A stretch of 64,000 nucleotides of DNA. Source: Phoronis australis (Eukaryota > Animalia > Phoronida). The translations under genes and the position numbers were made by a program. The stretch is from contig NMRA01000455.1 in NCBI GenBank assembly GCA_002633005.1, positions 301,848-365,847 of the forward strand, written 5' to 3'. The notes beneath the pieces were generated by a model, which did not search any database, had not been told where the DNA came from, and worked only from the letters and a program-made list of their open reading frames with translations. Positions 14,401 to 27,162 of this stretch are shown here, one piece after another. How positions within the stretch are numbered: the first letter of the stretch is position 1; each line of letters opens with the position of its first letter.

Positions 14401-17400
14401 CTTCCGCGGCGAATTTTTTATTCACGTTCATTCAAACGGAGACCAGACACAAGAAACCACGCGGTGAGGCTGACTGGCTGTGCTGTCTTTAGGTCAATTC
14501 AGTGCTCACGAGCGGTGAAGCTTTGCTGGCTGTTCTTTACAAAACATTTGTTAAGTTATAATGTTACAACTTCAAAGAGTATTATATTCTAACTTGAACG
14601 TTGTCAATGAATACAACTGCACTTTGTTTATGTTAAAATAGCATTGTCGTTTAGTTCCTGCTATACATTAGCAACCAAATACATGTACATCTTTAATTAT
14701 CTTTACCGTAGAAAACCGTACAACATCACGATTCAGTCGCTAAGGTTCTGTGCCACTATCCTCGCTGGTTCCCTGCGTGCCGCTAGGTGGGGCGGTAGCC
14801 TTGCCAGTACGCAGGTATCACATAATTTTCCTCGGGAATTTTTTTACACCGGCGTTTCTGATTGGCTAGTCGAATTCTCAACTGGCATGACTGATGGACT
14901 GAATTGTAGATATGGTCTGTTCTACAGACAAATCGGTGCTTAAAATTGATGTCCAGGAAATGTGAAGCCTGGGAATTGTGATTGCGCCGTTTTGGAATGC
15001 ATCTTTGTACTGTCGATATGATTTACGGATTTTTAGGCAAACCTTTGGCAAATGCTAGTCGACTTAGATCTAACAAAATATGCCATTTTGGTCGACATAA
15101 CTTTCAATATTTTAATATGAAAAACAAAATAACCGAATGCTCGGCCGCATTCAACTCACAGGCAGCTGACGTCTTATCACTACCGTAAATCATGAGAAGC
15201 TCAAACGTAAACACAACCTCTGCATACTTAAGTATCGTGGCCACTCGCAGTAGGCCTACCCGCGGATGCAGGACTCAGTTCAGACACTCAACTGAGCAAA
15301 ATTATTTATTATGCTGCAACCTCAGTATTCACTATGTAACATATTCACAAAACATTCTTAATTCTTAGATTTTGAGGATTGACGAAAGTCACGATACATA
15401 GAATTATCCAAATCTATCTGTGACTCGTCTGATGCTACTTGGTCCGTACTGATACTGATAGGCTAAATCAGTGGTTGACTCGGTGTACGAGTTCTCATGG
15501 CCTCCACTGAAGGCGCCAGCATGCGTGTGACGTCAGTGGACAAGCGGGTTTTGGCCAACATTCACCATTCTGCAGCTTCTGCGTGCTGGCTGGGCTAAGC
15601 ACAGAGGGAACCAGCGAGGTCACTACCATACTCAAAGTCCAGGCCAAGTGCAAACCATTGTTATGCAAATAGGCTACTGCAACATGAACACCCGGAGAAC
15701 ACAGTAAATACAAGTGGCGCTGTAAACCAACACTAGAGCAGCAACGAGGAAAAGAAAGAGTGCATCGTAAGATGTACGAATATATTGAGTGTAGGAACAT
15801 AATGATTTGCAAGGTCGGACACGTTTTCACGAATTCCACCCCAAGGCAAATATTATTTTATTCAAATTGTTAGCATACGATACAAAGAAAAAGCAACTCT
15901 TAAAATTTCAGTTAAAACCATTGATTACAAATTATCGCTATCTCCAACCACTTTGGCGTCGGCTGGCCAGTGAAAAGGAATCATGAGAGATAGAATCAAA
16001 ATTCATTCAACATGATGAAAATCTTTGCTACGAAACAACCCCACAATGTTCAATTTCTGGTAGCATCAATTTATAACCAATTTGTATATTATAGTTCTCC
16101 ACCACGCATGCAGAACTGGAAACCATAGGCTCGTGTGTTGCACATCATTTTCTTCCAGCTCAGCGTGAGTTTTTCGTAAATGATAAGCTCGTGCCAGAAT
16201 TAAAGTAAAGACAAGAAAACGTGCGTGAGTAACATTTTATGTGCAAAACACACGGTTTCAGAAGACTGAAGCAGTTGTAATGAAGTTTGTTGAGCAACCT
16301 TTATATTGTACGTGCCTTAAAAAGATCGGATATGAATAATTATGTTAAAATTAAACCACAGAGGACATTTCGCACAAGTTACCTCTGAAATACGCTATGT
16401 TGGCGGTGATCTCAAATTCAGTCCAGATATCATGAATATCTCTAATACACAGGTCTGCATTATGGTTTCTTGGGGCTTCCAAGGTATCCTAAGTCTGGGG
16501 ACTCCAGTCGCTACAGTTCCCTATTTCGCCAAACTTTTGAAACCGCCCCAGCAACCCTGATCTCCAAAACTTTTGAAAGGCTACCGTGGTGAAGAGAGGA
16601 GCCCCAAATTCACTTCCTGTGATCACCGTTTTTTCCAGTTGCCCTCAACGGTTGCCACGACTTTTAGAAGCCCCTATGATGAGACGGAGCCGACATTCTT
16701 AAGCAACAGTTTACATATCCAGCTAGCTAGCTGTATGAAGACTATAATAGTCAAAATACAGCTATGTACCACTTAGCAAGCCAGCTAGTTGTACGAAAAC
16801 TATCGTCAAAGTACAGATAGGTACCACTGTGTGTTAGTTTTCCATAGACCCCGAAATTGCAAACAGCCAGGCTAGTTCTGCTCGTCACCTCGCCGTGAAA
16901 CTTGTATCAACATGTTAAGCTAAAGACCGGACGGGGTGCACGCAAAATCTGGGAATCAAACAACACTCACCTTGCCCGTTACAGCCGTTTAAGTGGAAAA
17001 CAATCTAAAAAACGCCATTTTCTTGCGTAATCCACCGCCTTTTCTAATAAAGAAAAGTTATGTAATCGTATTGAAAACAGTACGCTCGTGACGCGGGCAC
17101 GCGCCATTTCCTAAAATTTTGCGACATCTCTCGGGAGATGATAATACCTTGGCAGCAGCAAAATTTGTTCTGAAATTCGGTTTTTCGGTATCAATTTTTT
17201 AAAAGCTTATAATGAAGTGAAACCAGGGCCGATAATTTGTTGTCATGTGTACACAACCTCGTGAAAGAACAACAGTTGATTAAAGAATCGACGAAAAAAG
17301 AAACTGGCCAATGGGTGACGCAATATTTCATGGCGCCGAAAGCCGACGCAGAAGTTCACTCCCCAAATTTAGCAGCAGAATAACAATAAGACGCCAATTT

Positions 17401-20400
17401 TTCCAAAACCAGAAAGTAATTTTATTTACTCAAATGAGTGTGTAGTTTTTAATGACACGGATTTTGTGTCATATTTTATTTGGTCATTTTTTACCCACAT
17501 CGGCACAAAGCTGTATACTTAGTATACTGCTTTGTACCAAGGCTACAGTTTACATTGACGATAGTCGTAACTTTTGGTCATTCAGTCAATAAGTCCAATC
17601 TTTACGCCGTAGCAGGTTAACTTTCTGTCCTAGCCTAGACTGATTTCAGTTTAAATTTTTGTCTTTCAAGAAATTTCATAATATGGTGATAAACATTTTG
17701 GTTTTAAGTAAGTCTCATTTTGGTTTAAGTTAAGACAGGAATGTTTTCATGAAACCGGCCTTTGGTAAATACTAGACATCGTAACATGAATCGCTCTGAA
17801 TTATATTTACTAATGACTTCCCACTCATGAATATCGAATACATGTAGTAAAGACTAACAGTTCTCCATTTAATGCAAAGTTGAAGTAAAACAGAGCCATA
17901 GACATTTCTATCAGCAGTCACGAGGAATTGAACTTGCCAATTTAAATAATGTCCAGTTTAAACACATAGTCACACCAGTCAAAAGTACCTTCCCCGGAAG
18001 TTGCTCTCTAAATGTGACCTTGCTATTTCTTTCCTATTGTAAACAAATTAGCCACATATCAACCAATGAGAGTTGTGCTAACTTACTAACCTAAAGTGAC
18101 CGGAAAGACGAGTAGTCGACAACTCAAAATGTCTATTTAAGAATCGGCAATTTCTGTAATCACAAATTTCTTCACAGAAAGTTTAGCCGAGACTATTTAA
18201 GCCATACCAGTGCGGTCTGCTCGAGACGTGGCGTTTTGAAAGTTATGACTGATTTCTTAAAATGTCGACTAATTCGCAGAGTTGTATAGAGTCCTGAAAA
18301 TAGCCATTCTGATTGCCCACATCACTGTTGACGCATATGCGTTCTTTCCCGCGGACCATACTTTCATCAGTGTAGGTCATACCATCGCACCTCGAAATGG
18401 CAGAAACTTTTCTCATTGTTCCAGAAATGTTAACCTGCGCCCGACTGATGTCACAAGTTTTCATTCAAGGATTGCGTGCAACCAGCACCCTGACATGATC
18501 GACCACTTTATCGGAATGTTTTGGCAAGCGGTGACACTTTGTAAGTAGCAAGACACACGGGGATGGTGTAGCAACTCTATGTCGTCCACGTCATTCTTTG
18601 ATTCATCAGCTGTGAATCATGAGATGGACGTGAGCCCATCAATGCAAATGCAGGTAAAACCCCAGGGTAACTAGTTTCACATAAAGACAAACATTGCCAA
18701 CGCCCCCCTCCCCCTTTACCGTCTTCTTAATAGTTCCGTCTAGAGTTCTATGATTTCAACAAGAACAGTTCTTGCTAGACTGTGTTCAGATTTTTAACAG
18801 AAAAATCGAGACACAGTCCATGATGCCAGACATCTATACCGGCATATATATTGTGTCTATGCCACTATTTTATCATATGGATACACATGTACATTAAAAA
18901 TTATTTTCACTATCACACATAGGTAAACAAATTACCCTGCTATCTATCATCATGTGCATTTATTTGATAAATATTACTCATTATAACCCGCTTTATAAAA
19001 AGATAAACATACAGAGTAGACATCTAACACGATGGAACAGCACACATTTTCACGTTTCTTGTACACAATCAAAAATAAAAATTCGGTCGTATCAAAATTT
19101 TCTTGATTTTTGCTTCATGTCAAAACACATTCGCTACGAATCGCGGACATGGGTACAAAGCTCCCCCTGTCGATCAATCATGAAATCCAGTGTAAATGAA
19201 AATTACGTTAAGCTTCGTCCAATGCCAGCTTTGAAAACCGCTGCTATAGATCATGTTTTTCGAAACCTTTTTAATGCGGCTATGTAGCGTTCCTGAGTAC
19301 ACATGAGAATCCCGGGGACAGAATGACTTTCCCGATTGCTTCAACGGGACGATGTGCCATCGCTTACTTGACGAATTCGAAATTGAAGTTGGGGACTTTG
19401 GCTTGACCTGATCAGCACTGCATGAGAGTTCAAGATTATCAATAACCTAGGACTATGTACTACTCCCAGAAAAAACGTAATGTCTTCTTTTCATGGGAAC
19501 GTTGCCAATTTCACCCCATTTCTTCAGAGCATCCCAACGACTGATTGTCTGCAAACCTCATAAAAAACGGAGAACAGCAAAATACATCATGTGGAGAATT
19601 TCTCGCTTACACTGGTCACTGCTCTGAGTCCCTAAGCTCCAGACAACTTTTAGAATCCCTATTCAACACACCCTTTGTATTGACGTAGATCTGAGCTAAT
19701 GAAATGGAAAGGTAATAGCTAGCAATACTTTCTTAACAATGGTGGTCGTTATTACACCCAAATTGTTCTTTCTCTGGCATTTGCACAGAGTAAAAGCCTG
19801 CCATATGGAGAGCAGTTTCGACTAGGTACATTTTAAATATTACAAAAAGACTAAAAAGTTAATTTGCGTTGATCTTGACAAAGGACCACATCCCAAAGGA
19901 ACGTTGGTGTTAAATATGTTTCATACCTGTTTTCATTACTTTATTTTAACATTCCTATCTACTTGCTTTTTTCTTAGCGGTTAGGCTTGCTATCCTTTTA
20001 TTTTGTGTTTTACCGAAGCATCAAAATAACTTAGAAGTCAGTTAATTGTGAACCCATTCCTGAATTTTCCTGATTGCGGTTACACCAAACATGTCACAGC
20101 AAACAAAACTTCACGTGCCATTAGTTCAAGTTCAATCTTTATTAGAACTCTCAACTCACAAAATATATACAAATGTGCAAATATGGTGATAGCCAAACTG
20201 AAGATTTGGAACCTCTGGACAATTTTGGTTGCAGTAACTACATAACTATTTTAGCTTTTCCTCAGTCTTAAAAATGAAATCACAGCTCTTGCCCACCGAC
20301 CAACCTCATCCACTACTTGCACTCTCTCGTTGACTACAAAGCTAGCCATCTTAGTTGTCTTCACAAGTGTTCCAATACAACTACAAGCTAAGTATCGAAA

Positions 20401-20889
20401 TTGGCGCATTTCCGCGAATAACAGTTTTCTGGTTAGTGTATTCACGCTATGTTTCAATGTTTTTGTTTAAGTTCGCACAGCCAAACATGTCATTTGACTC
20501 TGACCCGGATGTGATGCTAGATCGCGTGTTGTACATTTTGACCAAACTGAGATGCGACATCAGATTTTTAAAAACTCGGCGAAAAAAAGTGATTGTTTAG
20601 GTTTTAAAACTTCACAAATTATAAGACCTTTAGATAAGATGAACATAAAGAGACATGTTCCACGGAAGTCGTTAGGGGCATGACGAAAATCGTCAGGATT
20701 GGTTGATAATATTGTCTTGTAGACGAAGTTTTATGCCAGCCCACAAACAGGAGGCTGATTTCTGTGGAAAGATATGCCGACCAAACGACGGGATTCTATC
20801 GTGGTGGACAGCTATCATGCACATGTAAAAGACAAAAGGAACTCAAAATCATTCTCCTTCTCCGTCTACTATTACGCTACCTCTTCTAG

Positions 20890-21129
20890 GGTATCAGTAC
20901 AGTTACGTTGCCGCTATCGCCCTGGATGTCCCCAAAACTACCATTGCGTATAAGGGCCGCGACACTATACTCGCGTGCAGATTTAAGCTGCGTGGCCAGG
21001 GCGAGACGTTTGTTAGTGCCCAGTGGCTGCACGGCAGAGACGCCCAGTGGCTACACGACAGGGAACAGCAGCAGGTAACTGACAGAAGCGGTCAAATTTT
21101 GAAGTTCCAAGAGCACTTGCGTTGGAAAG
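20890..21129 (+). CDS. Ig-superfamily protein, exon encoding signal-peptide end and N-half of a V-type Ig domain
   Basis: ctcttctag|GG TAT...TGG AAA G|gtaact, 240 nt, phase 1-1, open: YQYSYVAAIALDVPKTTIAYKGRDTILACRFKLRGQGETFVSAQWLHGRDAQWLHDREQQQVTDRSGQILKFQEHLRWK. Has the GxxxxLxC...W pattern. Confidence 0.6.
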
Positions 21130-22613
21130 GTAACTTACAAGATATCTTATCAACTTGTTTCATCATTCTGTTTTGGAGCTTTTACATAAATTAGCTCAAT
21201 AGTTGACTTTATTTTGAAATGGCTGAGCCATATTGAAATTCACTAACCCGCCAAACGGAGATCAGGTCTTAATTGGACAGGCGTTCAGCGCCTCCTATAC
21301 ATACAGATCCAATATAATATGGAGGGGAGGCTTCAACCCACTGTCATAGACAGCGTTTCAACGCCATTTCCTGCTATTACAATGCTGTGCAGTGGGATGT
21401 ACTAATGTGTTACGAAAAAGGCAAACCTTTCAAAATATCAAAGGATGGACAAAGAAATCATGTTCCATACATTTTCCACTGTCGAGAGGCGAAAAAGCCA
21501 GTAGGTGCGGCTGATAAAGATGGATAACTTCGATCTTAACTGTTGCCAAAAAGCTAAAATGAATTTGTGAAATTAAACTACTCAAACAACTGGAGCAAAC
21601 GACAGTGGAATTTATTCCTCTGCTTTGAAATTAATGAGCCACTCTGTAGTAACTGAATTTCTGTCTACTAAATCTGAGTCAGGATCAATCGTAAGCCATT
21701 TTCGTACTTCAATTACTGTAGAGAGCGCCTAAATGAAAAGTCCCCCATTGCTGTCAGATATGATAGAGTTAAATATTGTTTAATTCAAACACTTCCTGCC
21801 AAGGTGATTCCTGTGGCTCAGCATCAGGCTATTATCGCATCCAAAACATCGTTGATGTTTGATTGTCAGTTTCCCACACTTTGTTCCAAACTCCTGTTAG
21901 ACTTTTAAGGGATGAATGGTGCTAGATGTGATCATTTCGTTTCAATAGCTTAAAGTGTGTATACGATGGTATTGTTAATAAAAGAAAGCTTGTTTTTTGT
22001 TATGATACAAGCAAGTGGAAGGTTCAACGTACATGTACGTGTGTTGCATGTGTGAGCCAACAGGTACTGAAATTTGTAGTGTGGGAGTGGAATTGGGGAT
22101 ATATAAACACTCGAAATGGTTGCCTGCATCCCTGCTATTTATGTTTTCGCTCACCGCACGTACATGTATATATTACACCAGTAAAACATACGTAAAAGTT
22201 TTAGTTTTTTAATTCAAGTTCTACTTGAGAAACATTATTTAATATGTTTATGAGTTTGTAAATCTCAAACCTTCGTGGACATTTAGATCGCAAACCTGTT
22301 TATTCTCTTCAGTACGCCACGTGATGGTGTGGCGTGCTGCTCAGAGCAAACATGTTTGCAATTATTACTTGTGTTATCTATTACAGAACTGACGTGTTTT
22401 GGTTGTTTGACCGCATGTTGCGTTGCAGCGTCAGCACTAAAATATGTGTCCTCTCTCAGCTGCCATCTATGACACTGCTCATCCGTGAGTGCAGCTGAAG
22501 TCAAAAGTATACAGACAAAATGAACCAGAATTCCATGCCACGCCAGATGGGCAGAAGCTGAATTCATCGTCAGAGTAGTCTTCCCTCTTGGCTGAGAACG
22601 AAGGGGATTTAAC

Positions 22614-22769
22614 CAGTGATGGGGCGTAGGCGCACGTAGGCGCAGCCAACCACCTTTTGGCATTTTAACGTAGCGCCTACGCCCCGTAAGTTACAGTACG
22701 TTCAGTGCTCAAGGTGATACGGTGGGCATTGGGCGCCTACTTACCTCTAACTTTACCACTACAGCACTG
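22614..22769. mobile_element. hAT-type MITE, 156-bp deletion derivative with perfect 8-bp TSD
   Basis: GATTTAAC|CAGTG ... CAGCACTG|GATTTAAC. Internal sequence is homologous to 12733-13518. Confidence 0.9.
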
Positions 22770-24555
22770 GATTTAACAGACGAGTATCATTGATAAGATT
22801 GTTAAGCCATTCTATAATTAGAATTTTGCTGCCCCAATGGTTATAACCAGTCGTTTTTTCGTTAATAGAATTAGCCTCTATAACCGGGAAACGGTATTTT
22901 GTCTGATTTCTTTTGTACTGTAGCTTCTCCCGAAACAAGACTCGCACAGTGCCCCCTCGTGTCGACACACAGGATGAGGAAGAACCCAGTCTAAACTACA
23001 CGAGATAGGATTCATCTCCTGAAAGAATTGAGGTGCTGAAACTCGGCGGTAGAAGCATTTTCAAAATTTGAATGTTTTAGCTCTTTGATATCGCCTCTTT
23101 CCAGTTATGCAGTGAAATAAATTGAATTTGCACTTCGGACACTTGCGCTGGGTAATCGCTGTAACTCATTGGGCAGAAACTTGTATTACATCTAGATGAC
23201 CAGAAAAGCTAAAACAGTTGTGGTTGCGGACACTCGCCGTACAAATTGGGATCAAATCCCACCCACCATCAAGAATAGAGGAATGCAGCTTATCTGGCTA
23301 CGAACCTTTGTCAGCTCAAGAAGGAATTTATTGACTGTGAGGGGAAACAGTTTCTGGAGAGGACAATTGTTCTGGGGAATCGTGGGCCCTACTGGATAAA
23401 AATGTAAGAAGATCGGACTAGAGGAGGCAGTGGTGATCATGGACGCTATCTGTGGATGGTAACTTGGGCCAAATATGGAACACCAAGGATAGAAGAATGT
23501 GGTTTTCCGGTTACGTATGTTTGTCTTGACGTTTGTTGTCTTTTACACACATTTTAGATATTTCATGAACCGAGTGAGGAAGCAAATTCCGTGTCGAAAC
23601 TTGCTCTGGGGAGTTACTGAGCTCTACTCTCATGGTCAGAAATGAAAATGAGTTAACCAGATTTGTTCAGGGGAATCACTGAGCCTTCTGGGTAGCGGGT
23701 CAAGTGGGTGTTTGGGTTTATTAACAGACATTATCAACGAATTTCTCTCAACTAGCTATTTAAAACACAATGGTGATCTTTGACATTTGTCAACTCTCGA
23801 AACTTTGGAGCAAATTTTGGAAACTCCTTGCAGTCAGTTAAGTAGACAAGTATGATTTACGCTTGAGGCGTGCTGTGCGAAAACTGCAGAAAAAGGCGCT
23901 TCACCAAGAACCGTGACACACAGTGAATACGTGTTTTAATTGAATCCTGTTTCACCACTCAAATGAGACGTCGATGTTTCATTAGCAGGCGACAGAACGA
24001 GGATTGGTTGAAATCACCAAGACATGGTTTTGTATCCAAGGGGAAGCAGTAGCTATGGAGGAATGTATTTTACCTGGCTACGGATCTTTGTTGCATGGAA
24101 CACTCTTTCCCAGGAATTCAAATGCTGTTAGGGGCCCTTCCTGTGGGAAACCACTAGACTCTCTTGTTAGTGAAATAACTAGACTTGGTTTACCTGGAGA
24201 TCACTAGATTCTAATTTGCTGGGCAAATGGTTACGCCAGATGATCACTGACACAAGCGACAACAGTGATGGTTGTGGACGCCATCTGTACATGTAGGTAT
24301 TAACTTGCATGAACTGTTGGGCATCCACAGCAGACGAATGTGGCCTACCTGGCAACTTCCGTCATGAAGAGCCTGGAAGAATCTGATGAGTACATATAAA
24401 ATGCATACATAAATGGTGCAAGAGGATTTTCGTGAGTGTCAGTATCTTATGCAATAGGCTCGAACTTTGTGTCTACCCACGTCCGATGCATTGCTGGACC
24501 GCCTGCAACATATTTTAATAAAACTGGCATCTTTTTGTTTTCCCTTATTTCATAG

Positions 24556-24790
24556 GTGACTATGATATCCGCTGGAGATTTTCTTTTGATACCATAATAA
24601 TCAGACGCACGATAAATTACAGACAAAGAGAGGTCTTATCTACAAGGTTGGAATGACTGGTCTTTAGTCATCGAAAGCCAGACAGTTTCAAATGCGTCAA
24701 TCTTCGTGGGTACCTACGTGTGCAGAGTCAATCTCGAGGTACAGGGGAAGTCTACAGCTGTCGAAAATAACACCGAATTAACTGTAGGTG
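24556..24790 (+). CDS. Ig-superfamily exon, C-terminal part of a V-type domain (frame-disrupted, or uses an internal acceptor at 24622)
   Basis: The 3' frame reads KERSYLQGWNDWSLVIESQTVSNASIFVGTYVCRVNLEVQGKSTAVENNTELTVG|gtaagc. From the strong acceptor tttcatag| the exon is 235 nt and DYDIRWRF is out of frame by 1 nt. Confidence 0.6.
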
Positions 24791-24909
24791 GTAAGCATAG
24801 TGCTATCACGTGTCTTCGTCGGTTATGTCGGTCGTTCGTCATGTCTACAAGTTTGGTTCAACGATCTAGAAAGTGATTCCACACGTGAAAGTGGGACTAA
24901 GGGATTGAG

Positions 24910-25302
24910 TTAGCGAGTGAGTGAGAGTGTGTGTCAGAATAAGGTAGGGAGTGGATGAATAGCTGATTGGATAAGTGAGTGCGTGCGTGAGAGAGTGAGC
25001 GAGATAGTGAATAAATGAGCGAGGGAGGGAAGCAGTGTGTCAGGGAATGTGTGAACAATTGACTGAGTGAATGAAGAAGTGGATGAATGATTTAGGGAGA
25101 CAGAGTGTGTGAGTGAGTGAGGTGACGAGTATTTGAATGAGTAGGCGAGAGAGGGAGGGTGGGGAAGTGGTTAAGCGCATGAGAGAAAGTGAGTGGGGAG
25201 GGAGTGTACTCGTGAGTGAGTGAGTTAATAATTGAGCGATGAGAGAATGAGTAAGGAAACGAGGGAGGGGGTGAGAGTGAGTGGANGAGAGAGAGAGAGA
25301 GA
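24910..25302. repeat. Degenerate (GAGT)n/(GA)n simple repeat
   Basis: GAGTGAGT-rich purine-skewed tract ending in (GA)n, with one N. Confidence 0.85.
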
Positions 25303-25634
25303 AAATAAATTCATTATTCTTCGACAATTTCTAACCTTTCTGTCGAACTTTTGCGCATAGACTGTAATTGTTATCAATGTAATGAGCTCGGCGCAAGTTG
25401 TTATTTCGACTACGGGGTTGGAGAAGCACTTTTTGAAACACTGTCGAGGTTAAGCCAATGTTGAAACGGGGACGCGGTTTTGTGCGCTAAAACTGGACAT
25501 TTCGACATTGTGCTGTTGATTTGGAAGACTACAATGTATTATTTGTTCAGTAAAATTCATCGGAATGCTGTCACAATGTACCACACTCACTGTGCAACAA
25601 AATGTAGGGTTACCTAGTACGCAACTATTTTCAG

Positions 25635-25940
25635 TCGCCTCGCCTATCTCCGACTTCATCGTCTGTAGCAAAGTCGGCCGCGACGTATCGTGCGGGAAAA
25701 ACGAGTCTTTCTTCTTACTGGACGAAGTAGTGCATTTGACCTGTAACGCGTCCAGTGTTCCGCCAGCCACATTCAGTTGGCACAACGTAAATGAGTACGG
25801 GGAACTCGTGGAGCTTCGACGATCTAACACGTTGGTGCTTTTGGTGGACATCAAGTCGGCTGGCGTATACACGTGCAGGGCTTCTAACAGTCCTGATCGG
25901 CTGTCAGAGCTACAGGTCAACGTCAGGATAAGAGAGCCAG
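25635..25940 (+). CDS. Ig-superfamily exon, complete C2/I-set Ig domain
   Basis: tttttcag|TC GCC...GAG CCA G|gtcagt, 306 nt, phase 1-1: VHLTCNASSVPPATFSW...LVLLVDIKSAGVYTCRASNS...LQVNVRIREP. Confidence 0.85.
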
Positions 25941-27112
25941 GTCAGTGAAAAATAATTGTTCATTTAGACCCCATAAAAGAATACTGACCAGACCCGGTTT
26001 TGGCCTATTGAGAATCATTAACAACAACTTATCATCAAGGTTTATAAAACAAAATATTACCTTTTTCAATCCTCAAAAGTTTGGAGCAGATTTTGAAAAC
26101 TCCTTACAAAATCCAGTGCTAAAGAAGCAAGCGTGACCTACGCTTCAGACGTGTTGCGGAAAGAGCAGCCACCAAAAACCGATCCATTCCGTGGCACAGT
26201 GAATATGGGGTTCCAGTTGAATTCTGCTTCTATAACTCAAGGGAGATGCTACTGGTGCATTAGCAGGAAAAGAGCAAGCATTGGCTGAAATCATCAAAAC
26301 AGGCTTAGTAACCTTTTGGGAATAGTTGTACCGAAAATACAGACGAGGGCAAAACTGTCCCTACAATGCATTCCACAAACAATAGCTCGTGTCTGTTATG
26401 TGGGAGCTTGGTGTTGCTACTTGTACGATCGCGGCAATAGTCGGATACCCGTTTGAGGCCCGTTATTCATTGGAGAAAACTGGTTATCAAAATCCGGGCA
26501 CGTTATTTCCGACCATTACCCAAATTGCAACTGTTCTATACCGTGTGTTTCTTATGCCGAGTGCAACAAAAGTCCAATTAATTCTGTCATCCTTTTCGAA
26601 TTATCACACCAATAATTCTTTACTATAAGATTCACTGCGCATGTTCAGAGCTATGAACTGCAGACGCCAAATTTTGCCACTTCCTGCCTTCTAGTGGACT
26701 CTTGTCTAGTTTTCGGAGTTCTTGCTTCTCTCACTGACGCAGACCTTTTTCCGTTTCTCCAAATAGGAGGCTCGTTCGAGCACATAAGTATGACAAGTCC
26801 AATACAAATTGTTATATTTTTTATTCATTAAGCAGTGAATACGAAGGACGTGACCTTACAACTGATCCACATCGATAATTTGAGTGGAGGTGGCAGTCTC
26901 AATGACAGATTTGCAAGAACCCATGAAATGAAAAACTTCCAGTGAACTTGGTTTTCAGCTGTATGACGTTTTTTAAATTTATGTATTAATCTATTGAACT
27001 AATAGTAAACCCAAGGCATGAAGAAATGTTGCCTGAAGAAGCTAGTGAACATACTATTCATGACAAGCTAATTAGTTCGGGCTTTGGTCACTCAATCATT
27101 GAAATGAAAGAA

Positions 27113-27162
27113 CAAATCAGAGGACGATTATGATTTTTAAATCATAATCGTCCTCTGATTTG
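27113..27162. repeat. Perfect 24-bp inverted repeat with 2-nt spacer
   Basis: CAAATCAGAGGACGATTATGATTT-tt-AAATCATAATCGTCCTCTGATTTG. Confidence 0.95.

Noticed and set aside
16432-16483. Candidate signal-peptide exon for the Ig gene (MNISNTQVCIMVSWGFQ G|gt)
   Set aside because: Phase fits, but hydrophobicity and donor are weak and it cannot be distinguished from chance.
16720-16830. About 55-bp diverged tandem duplication
   Set aside because: Real but ordinary local duplication with no further structure.
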